From sequence record NC_048779.1: a stretch of DNA of 64,000 bases, one strand, 5' to 3'. This document shows positions 26,500 through 35,675 of the stretch, in pieces (position 1 is the first letter of the stretch; every line of letters begins with the position of its first letter). The translations under genes were made by a program, and so were the position numbers. The notes beneath the pieces are model-generated. The model searched no databases. It was not told where the DNA came from and was given only the letters and a program-made list of their open reading frames with translations.

Positions 26500-27453
26500 T
26501 TATATGACCATGAAAGAGATTTCACGGGTATGTATACTTCCCCACGGTATTAATGACTGATCAACGGTCATCACCCAAACGTTACCGTGAGGTGTTGGTT
26601 TGAAAGTTAACAGATCGTTGTTCGTGTTATGGTAGTGTTCCTTTAACACGCGACAAACTGGAGCATGATCGAAAGAACCCAATTCTTCGTAAACAATCTC
26701 CGTAATGTGTTTGTACCATTCCACACGATCTTCACGAGATGCAGGGACCAAGTAAGTTAGCTCATCTCCAGAAGGTAAAGGGATTACGAATCGCAAGGTA
26801 GGGTTACCATATTGTTTTAATCCCATTTGTAAACGATCACCTTGGATGTGTGGGAAATCCAACAGAGGTTTACCTAGCTCACTTAAATGCGCCTGAGTAG
26901 CGATCTCGTGTTCTACGTATTTCTCTAGATCCCCAAGCGCTACCTTCGCCAACAACAAGTAAAGTTTTTCTCTTACGGACACTAGCAGTTCGTGGGGTTG
27001 ATATATCAAGATTGGATTAGGTTCAAATGACAAACTAGGAGTCAATTCACAGGGCATCGAGTAACGAATGTATTTTTCTTCCGTGTTCTTAGTTAGTCTT
27101 GTATCGAAATTGTAAGTTTCCGCTGCCTTTAGGAAGTTACGCATAATCGCACCTGAAACTCTTTTATTCCATGGATACGGAATGAGTTTTTCAAAGTCAT
27201 GACCGTATTTTGGATTATAGTCGAATGTGAAGTCCCTTTGCTTGATATGTGTCATACCTTTAGTGGTGATTGTGATCGTATCACCTTCTTTCCAATAAAA
27301 CGACAGCGACACCCAAACACCATCGGGCATCTTTACTGCGTAAAGCTCATGCGTCATGGCTTTCGAGTAGTCATTCTTGATAATGGTAGGGATAGAATGT
27401 AGAGCGTGTTGAAATAAACCCTTTAAACCTAGGTTAATTAGTTTGGTATTCAT
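26500..27453 (-). CDS. Hypothetical protein, 317 aa, paralog family
   Basis: TITITTKGMTHI and ELTYLVP...W motifs. Confidence 0.8.
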   Translation of the reverse strand: MNTKLINLGLKGLFQHALHSIPTIIKNDYSKAMTHELYAVKMPDGVWVSLSFYWKEGDTITITTKGMTHIKQRDFTFDYNPKYGHDFEKLIPYPWNKRVSGAIMRNFLKAAETYNFDTRLTKNTEEKYIRYSMPCELTPSLSFEPNPILIYQPHELLVSVREKLYLLLAKVALGDLEKYVEHEIATQAHLSELGKPLLDFPHIQGDRLQMGLKQYGNPTLRFVIPLPSGDELTYLVPASREDRVEWYKHITEIVYEELGSFDHAPVCRVLKEHYHNTNNDLLTFKPTPHGNVWVMTVDQSLIPWGSIHTREISFMVI

Positions 27454-27794
27454 GCTGCTTTCCTGTTCAGTAAGTAGTTAGTGATGACGCGTTTTAGGGG
27501 ATCCAACCAAAAGGTCCCGCGATCTAAGTCGAACAATACCTGAGCTTCATGTTCTAAGTCAGGTGCGTTTAGTGTTAAGTTAAGTACTCGTTCTATGGAT
27601 CCTGCCAGACCCTTACGGTCTAGCAGGCGTAATCCATTGTAACGGTGTACGATTTCGTTGATGATAAGGAGTAAGTCGTTACCTTCTAATTTTAAAGTAA
27701 CCTTACCTTCGTGGGTTAAGACCTCACCTTTACCTTCGCTAATAGTTTGTTCTACTAACGACAAAGCCATTTCTTGGTAATTATGTTTTTCCAT
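27450..27794 (-). CDS. Hypothetical protein, 114 aa
   Basis: ORF with 4-nt overlap to the next gene; SD AAGGA. Confidence 0.75.
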   Translation of the reverse strand: MEKHNYQEMALSLVEQTISEGKGEVLTHEGKVTLKLEGNDLLLIINEIVHRYNGLRLLDRKGLAGSIERVLNLTLNAPDLEHEAQVLFDLDRGTFWLDPLKRVITNYLLNRKAA

Positions 27795-27825
27795 TTTCCT
27801 TGGTCCAACTGACGTTTAATTTATG

Positions 27826-27951
27826 TTATTTGCCCGGTACGAGTAGCACATGGATGTCTCTTGTGAAGAGATCTTTATCCAAGAACAAATTGATTTCATC
27901 TGTTTCTGAATTTTTATCTAGGTGACCGTAATGGGTTGGCTGAATTAGATT
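27826..27951 (-). pseudogene. Start-less 41-codon fragment resembling paralog C-termini
   Basis: NLIQPTHYGHLDKNSETDEINLFLDKDLFTRDIHVLLVPGK*; compare DYGSISVDEDNETALVNV (334 aa) and HTREISFMVI (317 aa). Confidence 0.4.
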
Positions 27952-28949
27952 TTAAGTGGTTTGGTTTCGATTTTAGTCGTGAATTCGAAAACACGTTTTT
28001 GGTGGTATGGTAATAAATGCTCGTGTACGTTCACTAGAGCCGTTTCGTTGTCTTCATCGACTGATATACTACCATAATCATTATTAAGGGTTTCTAGCTC
28101 CTTACAGAGACGATACGCCTCCTTTAAGTCGATGTGTCTGCTGAGTAAGAAAGTATGCTTCAAGTGTGTCACTAAATCCCTTACCCAATGTTGTCGAACT
28201 AAGTATTCTCGAGGAACTAGAAATTCCATTAACCCTTCACCGGTATCTAACACCAAGTAAATTAATTCACGACGGTATTCTAAGTAAAGTGTGTATTGAG
28301 TAACGTTACTTATCGGGAGTTTGATAATACGCTCTCGCTTAGGTGTTAACCGAGGACCCGGTAGTGGCATCAGCATTAACCGCTCTAAAATGTCTGGGAG
28401 TTCGTATAACGCTTTGTTAAGTAGTGTCTTAGCCAAACACTCTCGTTGCACTACTACATGACCGTGAGCGGCGTAGTGCTCTGCTCCTCGAGTTATATGA
28501 GAAAGTAACGTGGTAGACATCGGACACATCCCTTCTTTCGTACTGATCTTTACTCCTTCGTCAGTAGGTTCTATGATAATGTCTTCTACTCCCAAATCCC
28601 CAGCTTGAACCAACTCAATGAACGCATGGCGATGTAAGTCCCCAACTAACGAAAGGTTTTGGCGGTAAACCTTATCTTGGATGATGACGGTTGGCTCAAC
28701 ATACACCTCAGTAAATAAGTTACTTAAGTTTAAGTGACGTAAACCTTCGGTAACGATCGTACAACCATTACGTGTTCGTGCTACCGCTCTAATAAGCACC
28801 GTATCCATCCCCCAAGGAAGTTTAAACTTAGCGATAACTAAGTCTTCTCCTAACGGTTTTATTGCACTAACTCGAGGAGCGAGTTGTAACCACTCTTTGA
28901 CTAACGAAGCCAAAGCTAATTGTAATTTAGATTTTGTTACTAAGTCCAT
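27945..28949 (-). CDS. Hypothetical protein, 334 aa, paralog family
   Basis: N-terminus aligns by eye with the 156-aa neighbour (W..LA...VIA...LPW..D...T.V.EG). Confidence 0.8.
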   Translation of the reverse strand: MDLVTKSKLQLALASLVKEWLQLAPRVSAIKPLGEDLVIAKFKLPWGMDTVLIRAVARTRNGCTIVTEGLRHLNLSNLFTEVYVEPTVIIQDKVYRQNLSLVGDLHRHAFIELVQAGDLGVEDIIIEPTDEGVKISTKEGMCPMSTTLLSHITRGAEHYAAHGHVVVQRECLAKTLLNKALYELPDILERLMLMPLPGPRLTPKRERIIKLPISNVTQYTLYLEYRRELIYLVLDTGEGLMEFLVPREYLVRQHWVRDLVTHLKHTFLLSRHIDLKEAYRLCKELETLNNDYGSISVDEDNETALVNVHEHLLPYHQKRVFEFTTKIETKPLKI

Positions 28950-28952
28950 GAT

Positions 28953-29423
28953 TTAAAACTCTCGTTTTTTGTTAATAGGAAAAGCTAGCCCGATATCTTG
29001 GATGGTTTTATGCATAACGGTAAAGTGTCTATCCGTTACTTCGAAGGTAAGCTCCGGTAGTAGTTCCGGCGTTTCTTTAGCTAAGTGGTGCAAAACGTCT
29101 AAGTAACCTTCAGATCGTCTTCTCAAAGCTTCATACGCTTCGTTGAATAACACTTCTTCGTTCATTACGTTTAAACAGATCCCAGTACGATCTACGTAAG
29201 CCATCCCTTCTACGACCACCGTAAAGCTTACGGAGTCTACGGATAATGCTTTCACGACGATTTGTTTATCTTTATCCCAAGGCAACGCAATGCTCGCTAT
29301 GACTTTATGTCCTTGGTGTTTGGTTTTTAAACGCTTAGCGTCCGTAAAGGTAGCGAGTTCTACCCAACCTAAGATCACTGGGATTAGTGCCTTACTTACT
29401 TTAACTCGATTTGCTGCATTCAT
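28953..29423 (-). CDS. Hypothetical protein, 156 aa, paralog family
   Basis: Aligns with the N-terminus of the 334-aa neighbour. Confidence 0.8.
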   Translation of the reverse strand: MNAANRVKVSKALIPVILGWVELATFTDAKRLKTKHQGHKVIASIALPWDKDKQIVVKALSVDSVSFTVVVEGMAYVDRTGICLNVMNEEVLFNEAYEALRRRSEGYLDVLHHLAKETPELLPELTFEVTDRHFTVMHKTIQDIGLAFPINKKREF

Positions 29424-29440
29424 GGTAGTTACTCCTAGTC

Positions 29441-29833
29441 TTATAACTTAATAGGTGGTACGTTGTAATGTAAGATTAATTCATTATTGTGGATAATAGG
29501 TAAATCGATAAAGTCTAGTGCTCTACTACCTATAAAGCTAATTAAACTGTCCTTATCTAAATCCCCGAACGTATTTAACTCTACTCGTTCTCCTAATCCA
29601 TAGTCTAACGTCATATCACTATACCCTAGTTTAACTAACCCTACGGTACGTAACCTATAACGCTCTCCTATTCGCTCTAGGTGAACCTCTAAGCGATAAT
29701 ACGGTGGTTTTAACTTATTACGGACCTCGTAAGTCTTAAGCAGTACTTTATGATCTCCTTCCTCTAGTACTAACCCTACTCCTAAATGTAACGCTCTACT
29801 TACTAATCCCGCTAATACTTCTTTTTCTTTCAT
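29441..29833 (-). CDS. Hypothetical protein, 130 aa
   Basis: ORF; RLRTVGLVKLGYSD motif. Confidence 0.75.
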   Translation of the reverse strand: MKEKEVLAGLVSRALHLGVGLVLEEGDHKVLLKTYEVRNKLKPPYYRLEVHLERIGERYRLRTVGLVKLGYSDMTLDYGLGERVELNTFGDLDKDSLISFIGSRALDFIDLPIIHNNELILHYNVPPIKL

Positions 29834-29884
29834 GGTCTAATAACCTTAATTAACGTATAAATATTCAAAATGCAGTATAAACCC

Positions 29885-29914
29885 TAGTAGGACTCCTTAA
29901 CGGATATCCTACTA
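29885..29914 (-). terminator. Hairpin at the 3' end of intergenic element 3
   Basis: TAGTAGGA/TCCTACTA 8-bp stem. Confidence 0.45.
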
Positions 29915-30205
29915 TGCATCTATGCCTTCTTAACGTATGACTCTTTACCTTAACCACTTCACTCGTGATACTCGTTACGTTGTAAGGAAGTCATACTCTA
30001 TAGTTAGATATATTAATATATTAATATTAATTATCTTGGGCTTTGCCCGATTCTTTTTAACTAACTTTGAACCACTAACCTTGGAACCCTCTCAACCTTG
30101 GAACCCCTCTTTCTCCCCTTACGAAATTGCATTTTAGGGTGCAAAATCATAGGGAAAATCGTTCAAAAAAGTTAGGGTAAAAAGGTTTTTGTAACATATA
30201 ATACA
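29885..30205. other. Intergenic element 3: structured RNA or replication-origin-like region
   Basis: AT-only run 30008-30034, 13-bp direct repeats 30077-30089 and 30094-30106, stem 29935-29942/29989-29996, TGTATTATATGT motif at 30194-30205. Confidence 0.45.
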
Positions 30206-30222
30206 TGTTACTTAGTTTTTAA

Positions 30223-30513
30223 TTACTTTTTAGGTTTCTTTAACCAACCTTTGAATTGATTAGATTGGTTTTTAATTAATAACTTATCATCGACCTCACT
30301 CTTATCGATCACCTCCACTTTACAGTTATTACAAGTTTTATTTTCACCTTTAACCACTAAATAAGCGTTAACCATGCGGTACTTCTTACAATCAAATTCA
30401 CCTGAAATGATGAATTTGTGATTAAGGTATTTATCCCCCTTTACGACCTCACAAAGATAATAAACCCGAGGATTAGAAAAACTACCTAACTCATAAATAA
30501 GTCCTTTAATCAC
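30223..30513 (-). CDS. Hypothetical protein, 96 aa
   Basis: ORF overlapping the upstream gene by 8 nt. Confidence 0.7.
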   Translation of the reverse strand: MIKGLIYELGSFSNPRVYYLCEVVKGDKYLNHKFIISGEFDCKKYRMVNAYLVVKGENKTCNNCKVEVIDKSEVDDKLLIKNQSNQFKGWLKKPKK

Positions 30514-31129
30514 TTAGTGAGTTATCAACAGGTAGAGTCACCACATCTTTGACAAAGGATAAGCTAGTGCGCGTGATGCGATAGTAGGCTTTCCCTTTGG
30601 ACTTCCCACGTCTAACTATAACCAGTTCCGTTCGTAAGTATTTGTCAAAGAAATATAAACCCGTGACTTGTTCTTTACTCAAGCGAGATCGAATATCCCA
30701 GAGATTAGAAGTTTTGACTGCCGATACACGGCTCGTTAGCTCTTGGTAATAATCGTTCAGGATAACGTCGGTGAGGTATTTCTTAAAGTAAGGTTCAAAA
30801 GCTTCATGTAATAAAGTTTGAACTTCTTCGATCTCTTCTTTAGATTTAGGATCGAAACGAAATACAAAACCTTCACTTACCCCTTCCCCTAGAACGTTAC
30901 ACAATCCATAAAGGGAAAGTATGAGTTCATCACCTTCATTGAACAACGTACATTCACATTCTCGCTTTTCGTTGATGATGTTGAAAACCTTAATGTGGTT
31001 ATGTTGGTCAAAATCATGAGTCCTTAAATGAATAACCCGTTTGAGTTCCGTGGTTAAGTCCTTTAACAATAACAACAAATGAGTTCGGTTAATTAAACTT
31101 AAACCGTTTCCAGATCTCCGATTACACAT
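30506..31129 (-). CDS. Hypothetical protein, 207 aa
   Basis: ORF; LILSLYGLCNVLG resembles the local family motif. Confidence 0.75.
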   Translation of the reverse strand: MCNRRSGNGLSLINRTHLLLLLKDLTTELKRVIHLRTHDFDQHNHIKVFNIINEKRECECTLFNEGDELILSLYGLCNVLGEGVSEGFVFRFDPKSKEEIEEVQTLLHEAFEPYFKKYLTDVILNDYYQELTSRVSAVKTSNLWDIRSRLSKEQVTGLYFFDKYLRTELVIVRRGKSKGKAYYRITRTSLSFVKDVVTLPVDNSLSD

Positions 31130-31647
31130 TCTTTATATCCTCCTAATGGGGTTTGAAAACTGAAGACGAGTTCGTAACTACGTCCACCAAAGATTCGAAT
31201 ACGAGGTTGCACAAAAGCAGAGAACGGGGTGTTAAGCGTTCCGTGTACTGCTTGGTAATGCGTGAGTTCCCCTGAATTCATAGAGTCTAATATTCGGTTA
31301 GGTATGTTCGCTTTAATCGTTTGGGTGAGGTTAAACTTTGCTGCTTTTACCTTCTTAGGTGATACGTGTTCTTTGAACGTATCTTTGAACGACTGTAACG
31401 CTAAGTCATCTTCTCTATGAAAATCGTACACTTGACCGTAAGCTCGGTGTTGTAACCAATCTACGTGAAGTCGGACTACTCCAGATTCTGTGATCTGGTA
31501 AGTGACATCCAGTTCATTAAAACGAACGACTTGCCCACAAGGTTGAGCTTTTAACCCTTCGTCGATTGCCTTAAACCTTTCTTCTAACCAAGGTTCGATG
31601 TTTTCGTAGAATTGAAAGAATAACAAAGTCTCTATAAAGTGATTCAT
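31099..31647 (-). CDS. Hypothetical protein (~182 aa; start revised to MNHFIE)
   Basis: SD AGGAG before ATG 31647. Confidence 0.75.
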   Translation of the reverse strand: MNHFIETLLFFQFYENIEPWLEERFKAIDEGLKAQPCGQVVRFNELDVTYQITESGVVRLHVDWLQHRAYGQVYDFHREDDLALQSFKDTFKEHVSPKKVKAAKFNLTQTIKANIPNRILDSMNSGELTHYQAVHGTLNTPFSAFVQPRIRIFGGRSYELVFSFQTPLGGYKECVIGDLETV

Positions 31648-31687
31648 AATAAGCTCCTGACGTGTTATATGAAGATCCATCTAGTTG

Positions 31688-31695
31688 ATAATATA
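31688..31695 (-). promoter_or_regulatory. Candidate early promoter TATATTAT
   Basis: Lies between a terminator and the next ATG. Confidence 0.5.
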
Positions 31696-31720
31696 GATTT
31701 GAATAAAAATAAAAGCGAAG

Positions 31721-31750
31721 TTAGTGGTGGAACCGAAGCCCCACCACTAA
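31721..31750 (-). terminator. Terminator with TTCG-containing loop
   Basis: TTAGTGGTGG/CCACCACTAA 10-bp stem, followed by a T-rich tract on the minus strand. Confidence 0.75.
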
Positions 31751-31759
31751 TATGTTAAG

Positions 31760-32353
31760 TTATTCTGGTACCGCGTAAATGGTTTCTCGAACCCCACCCA
31801 AGAGTTCCACTTCAACCTTCACTTTACTGCTTCCTTCCAACCACTTCCAGTCAGTAGTGTGTCGGAGAGTCAGATGAGGGAGTTCGTCCAAAATCCCACC
31901 GTTGTGGTTAATCGTGGTCACTCCAAAGAGACGACTAAACCAACTAGGGATGTCAATACGCAAATCTTTACTAGCCCAATCCAAAGCAAATCGCATCATG
32001 AGGCTTTTATTAGTGGAATAAGCAGAGTCACCCAAAAAGGCATTAAGTCTTACCCCGACGTCATTCATTACCCTATGGTTGACTAGGTTTTTACCTTTAC
32101 CAAGCGTAATGGTGAACCCACGGGTTTCTTGGGGATAAGGGACGTTCTCAAAATCCATGAAATAACGAAGACGTTCATCACGTCGCATGGTTACTCGTAA
32201 CCCATTACGAAATCTAACAATCGTTACCCCGACACCTTGTTGACGAATGATCTCACGATGACCGGCATGTACGATGGTATCGAAATTATCGTAAATAACA
32301 CGAAGCAATATAAATTGCAGTGTTTTTACTATTTCTGAAAAGACAAATGACAT
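31760..32353 (-). CDS. Hypothetical protein, 197 aa
   Basis: ORF with SD AAGGAG. Confidence 0.8.
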   Translation of the reverse strand: MSFVFSEIVKTLQFILLRVIYDNFDTIVHAGHREIIRQQGVGVTIVRFRNGLRVTMRRDERLRYFMDFENVPYPQETRGFTITLGKGKNLVNHRVMNDVGVRLNAFLGDSAYSTNKSLMMRFALDWASKDLRIDIPSWFSRLFGVTTINHNGGILDELPHLTLRHTTDWKWLEGSSKVKVEVELLGGVRETIYAVPE

Positions 32354-32558
32354 TGTCAGTACTCCTTTTAATTATTGGAAACCTAACATTAAATGAGGGG
32401 TCCAGTAAATGAATCCCTACATTAAATACTCTTGTCCTATTCTATAGCAAGTAGGCTCTTTTACGAATGACGCTTTGGTTGGTGATCGTCGGTGGTCTTT
32501 TCGACCGGGAAATGCTTGCGTTGGGTTTCAATATCTTTGGGTTGATATTTAAGGTTCG

Positions 32559-32578
32559 GTAGGGGACGTTTCCCCTAC
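32559..32578 (+). terminator. Hairpin GTAGGGGA-CGTT-TCCCCTAC
   Basis: 8-bp stem followed by TTATTTTTG. Confidence 0.55.
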
Positions 32579-32633
32579 CCCTTATTTTTGCTTTTGGAAT
32601 TTTATTGAACCGTAACCGACCTCTTAACTTAAG

Positions 32634-33488
32634 GTGATAATTATGAACTGCGTAGATTATGCGATCAACGAAGTAATAGAAGGCGGGGACATCTCGAGCT
32701 ACGTTCTGGAGTTAGCATTCGCTGACCCTAACCAGAACGTTGTGGATAACTGGTTAGCAGATCCGCTTAACTACAGCGTTGAGCAAGGTCTGCGTGAGCG
32801 AGTCATCCACGGGATTGTTCTCAAACAATGTAACGTCCAAGGTGGTGTTACCGAATTACTTGATTTAACTGGGTCTAGCATCATTCAGTTAGGCCAAGGT
32901 AAAATCCAAGTCCAAGTACCAGACTTTGTAACTGGCGGTCGTAAGATCGTCTCCGTGGCTGAAGTATACCAAGGTTCTATTGGTGCTTCCAGTGGTGCGT
33001 TGTCTATGGCTGCGCAAAACGTAGGTTGTGGGGAAGGTACTTTGAACGATATGACCGCTGGTATGTTGAACGGTCTTCGTTCTAACCGTGCGATCCCTCA
33101 AACGTTTACTAATATCCAAGTGATCGGAAATAACACATTCATCATCAGTAATTGTCCGTCCGGGATATTCTCCATGACTGCTCGTTTGGTCTTAGAGTCT
33201 GATGATGCATTGTCTCATATCAACCCTCGAGCTTATCCGTACTTTGCTGAACTATGTCAACTAGCAACCAAAGCACACATCTACAAAAACGTTCGCAACA
33301 AAATCAATGAAGGTGTGGTTCGTGGCGGTGTTAACGTGGACTCTATCCGTGATGAGGTTTATAGTTACTCTGACTCATGGAAAGAATACAAAGAGTATTT
33401 CGAAGAAAAATGGTTGAAATACATGAGTTACTCTGATACCCAACGTAAAGCGGAAATGATCCGCAAAACAGTTCCGGGGAGAATGTAA
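32634..33488 (+). CDS. Conserved Chimalliviridae putative virion protein, 284 aa
   Basis: Long ORF; resembles phiKZ-like structural proteins from recall only. Confidence 0.6.
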   Translation: MIIMNCVDYAINEVIEGGDISSYVLELAFADPNQNVVDNWLADPLNYSVEQGLRERVIHGIVLKQCNVQGGVTELLDLTGSSIIQLGQGKIQVQVPDFVTGGRKIVSVAEVYQGSIGASSGALSMAAQNVGCGEGTLNDMTAGMLNGLRSNRAIPQTFTNIQVIGNNTFIISNCPSGIFSMTARLVLESDDALSHINPRAYPYFAELCQLATKAHIYKNVRNKINEGVVRGGVNVDSIRDEVYSYSDSWKEYKEYFEEKWLKYMSYSDTQRKAEMIRKTVPGRM

Positions 33489-34858
33489 TGTTAATGGAAC
33501 ACGATGTGTTTGGTGGGGAAGGTTTCTACGAACCCACCGTTTCATTTTTCAACAACGACTCGTACGTAGGTCAAGACGAGTATTTAGTTGATGGGATGGA
33601 ATCCCTCATCCCCAACTTTAATTACAAACGTGACAACGCTATTTTAGAAGTTTGTGAAAACTTTGGTCGAGATCTAATCATCGACACCAAATGGTTCCAG
33701 CGCTTAAAGCGTTACATGTTTAGTTTCACTACTCGTAAAGTGGGGGTGACCGACTACGGTGACTTCTTTGGTTCTCCTTATCTGGGTTTGCAAAAGATCA
33801 CATTCACTACCGCAGACCGTAACGAATGGTTTACGGACATTTGGGACGTGGATGAAGAAGAACTTAAAGAAAACCTCCATGAGTGTAAGTGGGTAAACAA
33901 AGATTGGGCGGTAACCGGTGATGTGTTTAACCTCACGATACCTTATTTGTTATGGAAGATTCAGTTCTCCAAACAACTCCCAAGTGGATTAAAGCGCGAA
34001 GCACAAATCATGGTATTGTTCATGTATCATTGTAAGTGCATTACTTCGATGATCCACAATGACTACCCCTACTTGGCTAAACCTGAAATCGTTTACGAGA
34101 CTTACAACCGCTTAAGTCTTAAATACGACATCAAGAAATACGAAAGCTGGCGTGCGTTATTCATCGCTCGTGCAGAATTCATTTTGAGTCCAACCACCGG
34201 GATCCACTACCGTACCTTCATGAACATGAATGACGATAAGAAAATCATCTACATGGTGGGGGATATTCAAGACCGTCTACGTGGTCTAGTGAACGATATT
34301 AACAAAGTGTTCCACGACGTAAAGAACCGTACTAACATCATGCAGCTTGACAAAGCCCAAGTTAACATGGAAGAAGGTATGACCGTCAAAGAGATCACTA
34401 AGCAAGTTAACGTTTACAAAAACTACGCCAAGACGATCTTAACGGCTCCGACTGGTTTCTATCGTGAGAGTTTCGCCGACATCATCACGAAGAAAATAGA
34501 CAGTGCGCCAAAAGATAAACTCGAACGTATCTTGAAAGAGTTTCCGGGTAACTACCAGTCGAAGTCTAAACGTGGTGAGTTCTATCGAGAATTCGTGGAT
34601 GAGGTGTTAACCCATCTGTTTGAGTATTTAAACTCTAACCGAATCCGACAAACAAACTTACGTGAAGTGATTTCTCGTATGGCGGGAACCTATGCGTCCC
34701 CTCGTAACCAAAATGCGAGCGTGCTCAAAATCCGTTCTATGGGGGATGACATCGTTCAGGACTTGACCGGTATTCGTACCCGTTCAACTTACTCGGCGTT
34801 ACGCACTGCCTTAATGTTGTATATTGTGCTGCGCGTGCTGGCAAAAGATAACGTATAA
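33488..34858 (+). CDS. Conserved Chimalliviridae putative virion protein, 456 aa
   Basis: Coupled TAATG overlap; FFGSPYLG and KFDxKKY-like motifs recalled from phiKZ-like core proteins. Confidence 0.6.
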   Translation: MLMEHDVFGGEGFYEPTVSFFNNDSYVGQDEYLVDGMESLIPNFNYKRDNAILEVCENFGRDLIIDTKWFQRLKRYMFSFTTRKVGVTDYGDFFGSPYLGLQKITFTTADRNEWFTDIWDVDEEELKENLHECKWVNKDWAVTGDVFNLTIPYLLWKIQFSKQLPSGLKREAQIMVLFMYHCKCITSMIHNDYPYLAKPEIVYETYNRLSLKYDIKKYESWRALFIARAEFILSPTTGIHYRTFMNMNDDKKIIYMVGDIQDRLRGLVNDINKVFHDVKNRTNIMQLDKAQVNMEEGMTVKEITKQVNVYKNYAKTILTAPTGFYRESFADIITKKIDSAPKDKLERILKEFPGNYQSKSKRGEFYREFVDEVLTHLFEYLNSNRIRQTNLREVISRMAGTYASPRNQNASVLKIRSMGDDIVQDLTGIRTRSTYSALRTALMLYIVLRVLAKDNV

Positions 34859-34865
34859 TCAAACT

Positions 34866-34895
34866 ACTATGGTGAACCTATAGGTTCACCATAGT
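34866..34895. terminator. 30-bp perfect palindrome, terminator-like
   Basis: ACTATGGTGAACCTATAGGTTCACCATAGT followed by TTT. Confidence 0.7.
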
Positions 34896-34916
34896 TTTAT
34901 ATAAAGGAAAGAAGTT

Positions 34917-35540
34917 TTGAAAAAAGTAATTGCGTTCGAAGGCTTGGATTATTCTGGTAAGTCCACCCTTATTCAAGAAATAACAAACAAGATGTTGAAG
35001 GATGGTCTGAAAGCCCCTGTCGTGTTTGCAGAACCTCGTAAAGATTCTGAGGAATGGCGAGCTTTACGTAAAATGATTATCTCACCTAACATTCCTAAGG
35101 TAGCTCAAATTCATTGTAGTGTCGGTCAACGTGTTGCTCTTTATCAAGAATGTGTTATCCCAGCGCTTAAAGCCGGAGAACAAGTAATCACCGATCGTTG
35201 TCTATTAACATCGATGGTTTACCAACAAGACGCAGATCATGATGCTTGTGCTATTTTGTTGAGTAACTTACAAGGTGGTCGTTTCCTAGAGAGAAACGTG
35301 GTCCCGGATGTTATTGTTTACCTGCAAACTGACCACGCCACTTACTTAGAACGCCTAGGTAAAGATCGTCCAGAAACTGAGTACGTAGAAAGTTACATTA
35401 GTAAACCGGAAAACTTCGAACGTTTCCAAAAAGAATACAAGAAAGCAATAAGAACATTATCTTTATCATCTGGCGTTAAAGTGATCACTTCTAACGATCC
35501 GGATTTCGTCTACGAAGAGTTAAAACGATTAGCATTGTAA
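34917..35540 (+). CDS. tmk: Thymidylate (dTMP) kinase
   Basis: IAFEGLDYSGKST P-loop, AEPR, TDRCLLTSMVYQ. Confidence 0.92.
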   Translation: MKKVIAFEGLDYSGKSTLIQEITNKMLKDGLKAPVVFAEPRKDSEEWRALRKMIISPNIPKVAQIHCSVGQRVALYQECVIPALKAGEQVITDRCLLTSMVYQQDADHDACAILLSNLQGGRFLERNVVPDVIVYLQTDHATYLERLGKDRPETEYVESYISKPENFERFQKEYKKAIRTLSLSSGVKVITSNDPDFVYEELKRLAL

Positions 35541-35675
35541 AGTTTTACCGTATGCGCATTTTATGTACGAACTTTGTTTGGGAAGCGGCGTACATGATAA
35601 CTCCTACTCCTTTTGGTTAAAGTGTGGAACAGAGTGAAGTCATTTGGCGATGACGGATCTTGTGTGTCCAAAGTT

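Noticed and set aside
29937-30137. 66-aa plus-strand ORF in intergenic element 3
   Set aside because: It spans the AT-only run and direct repeats, has no SD and opposes the local gene direction.
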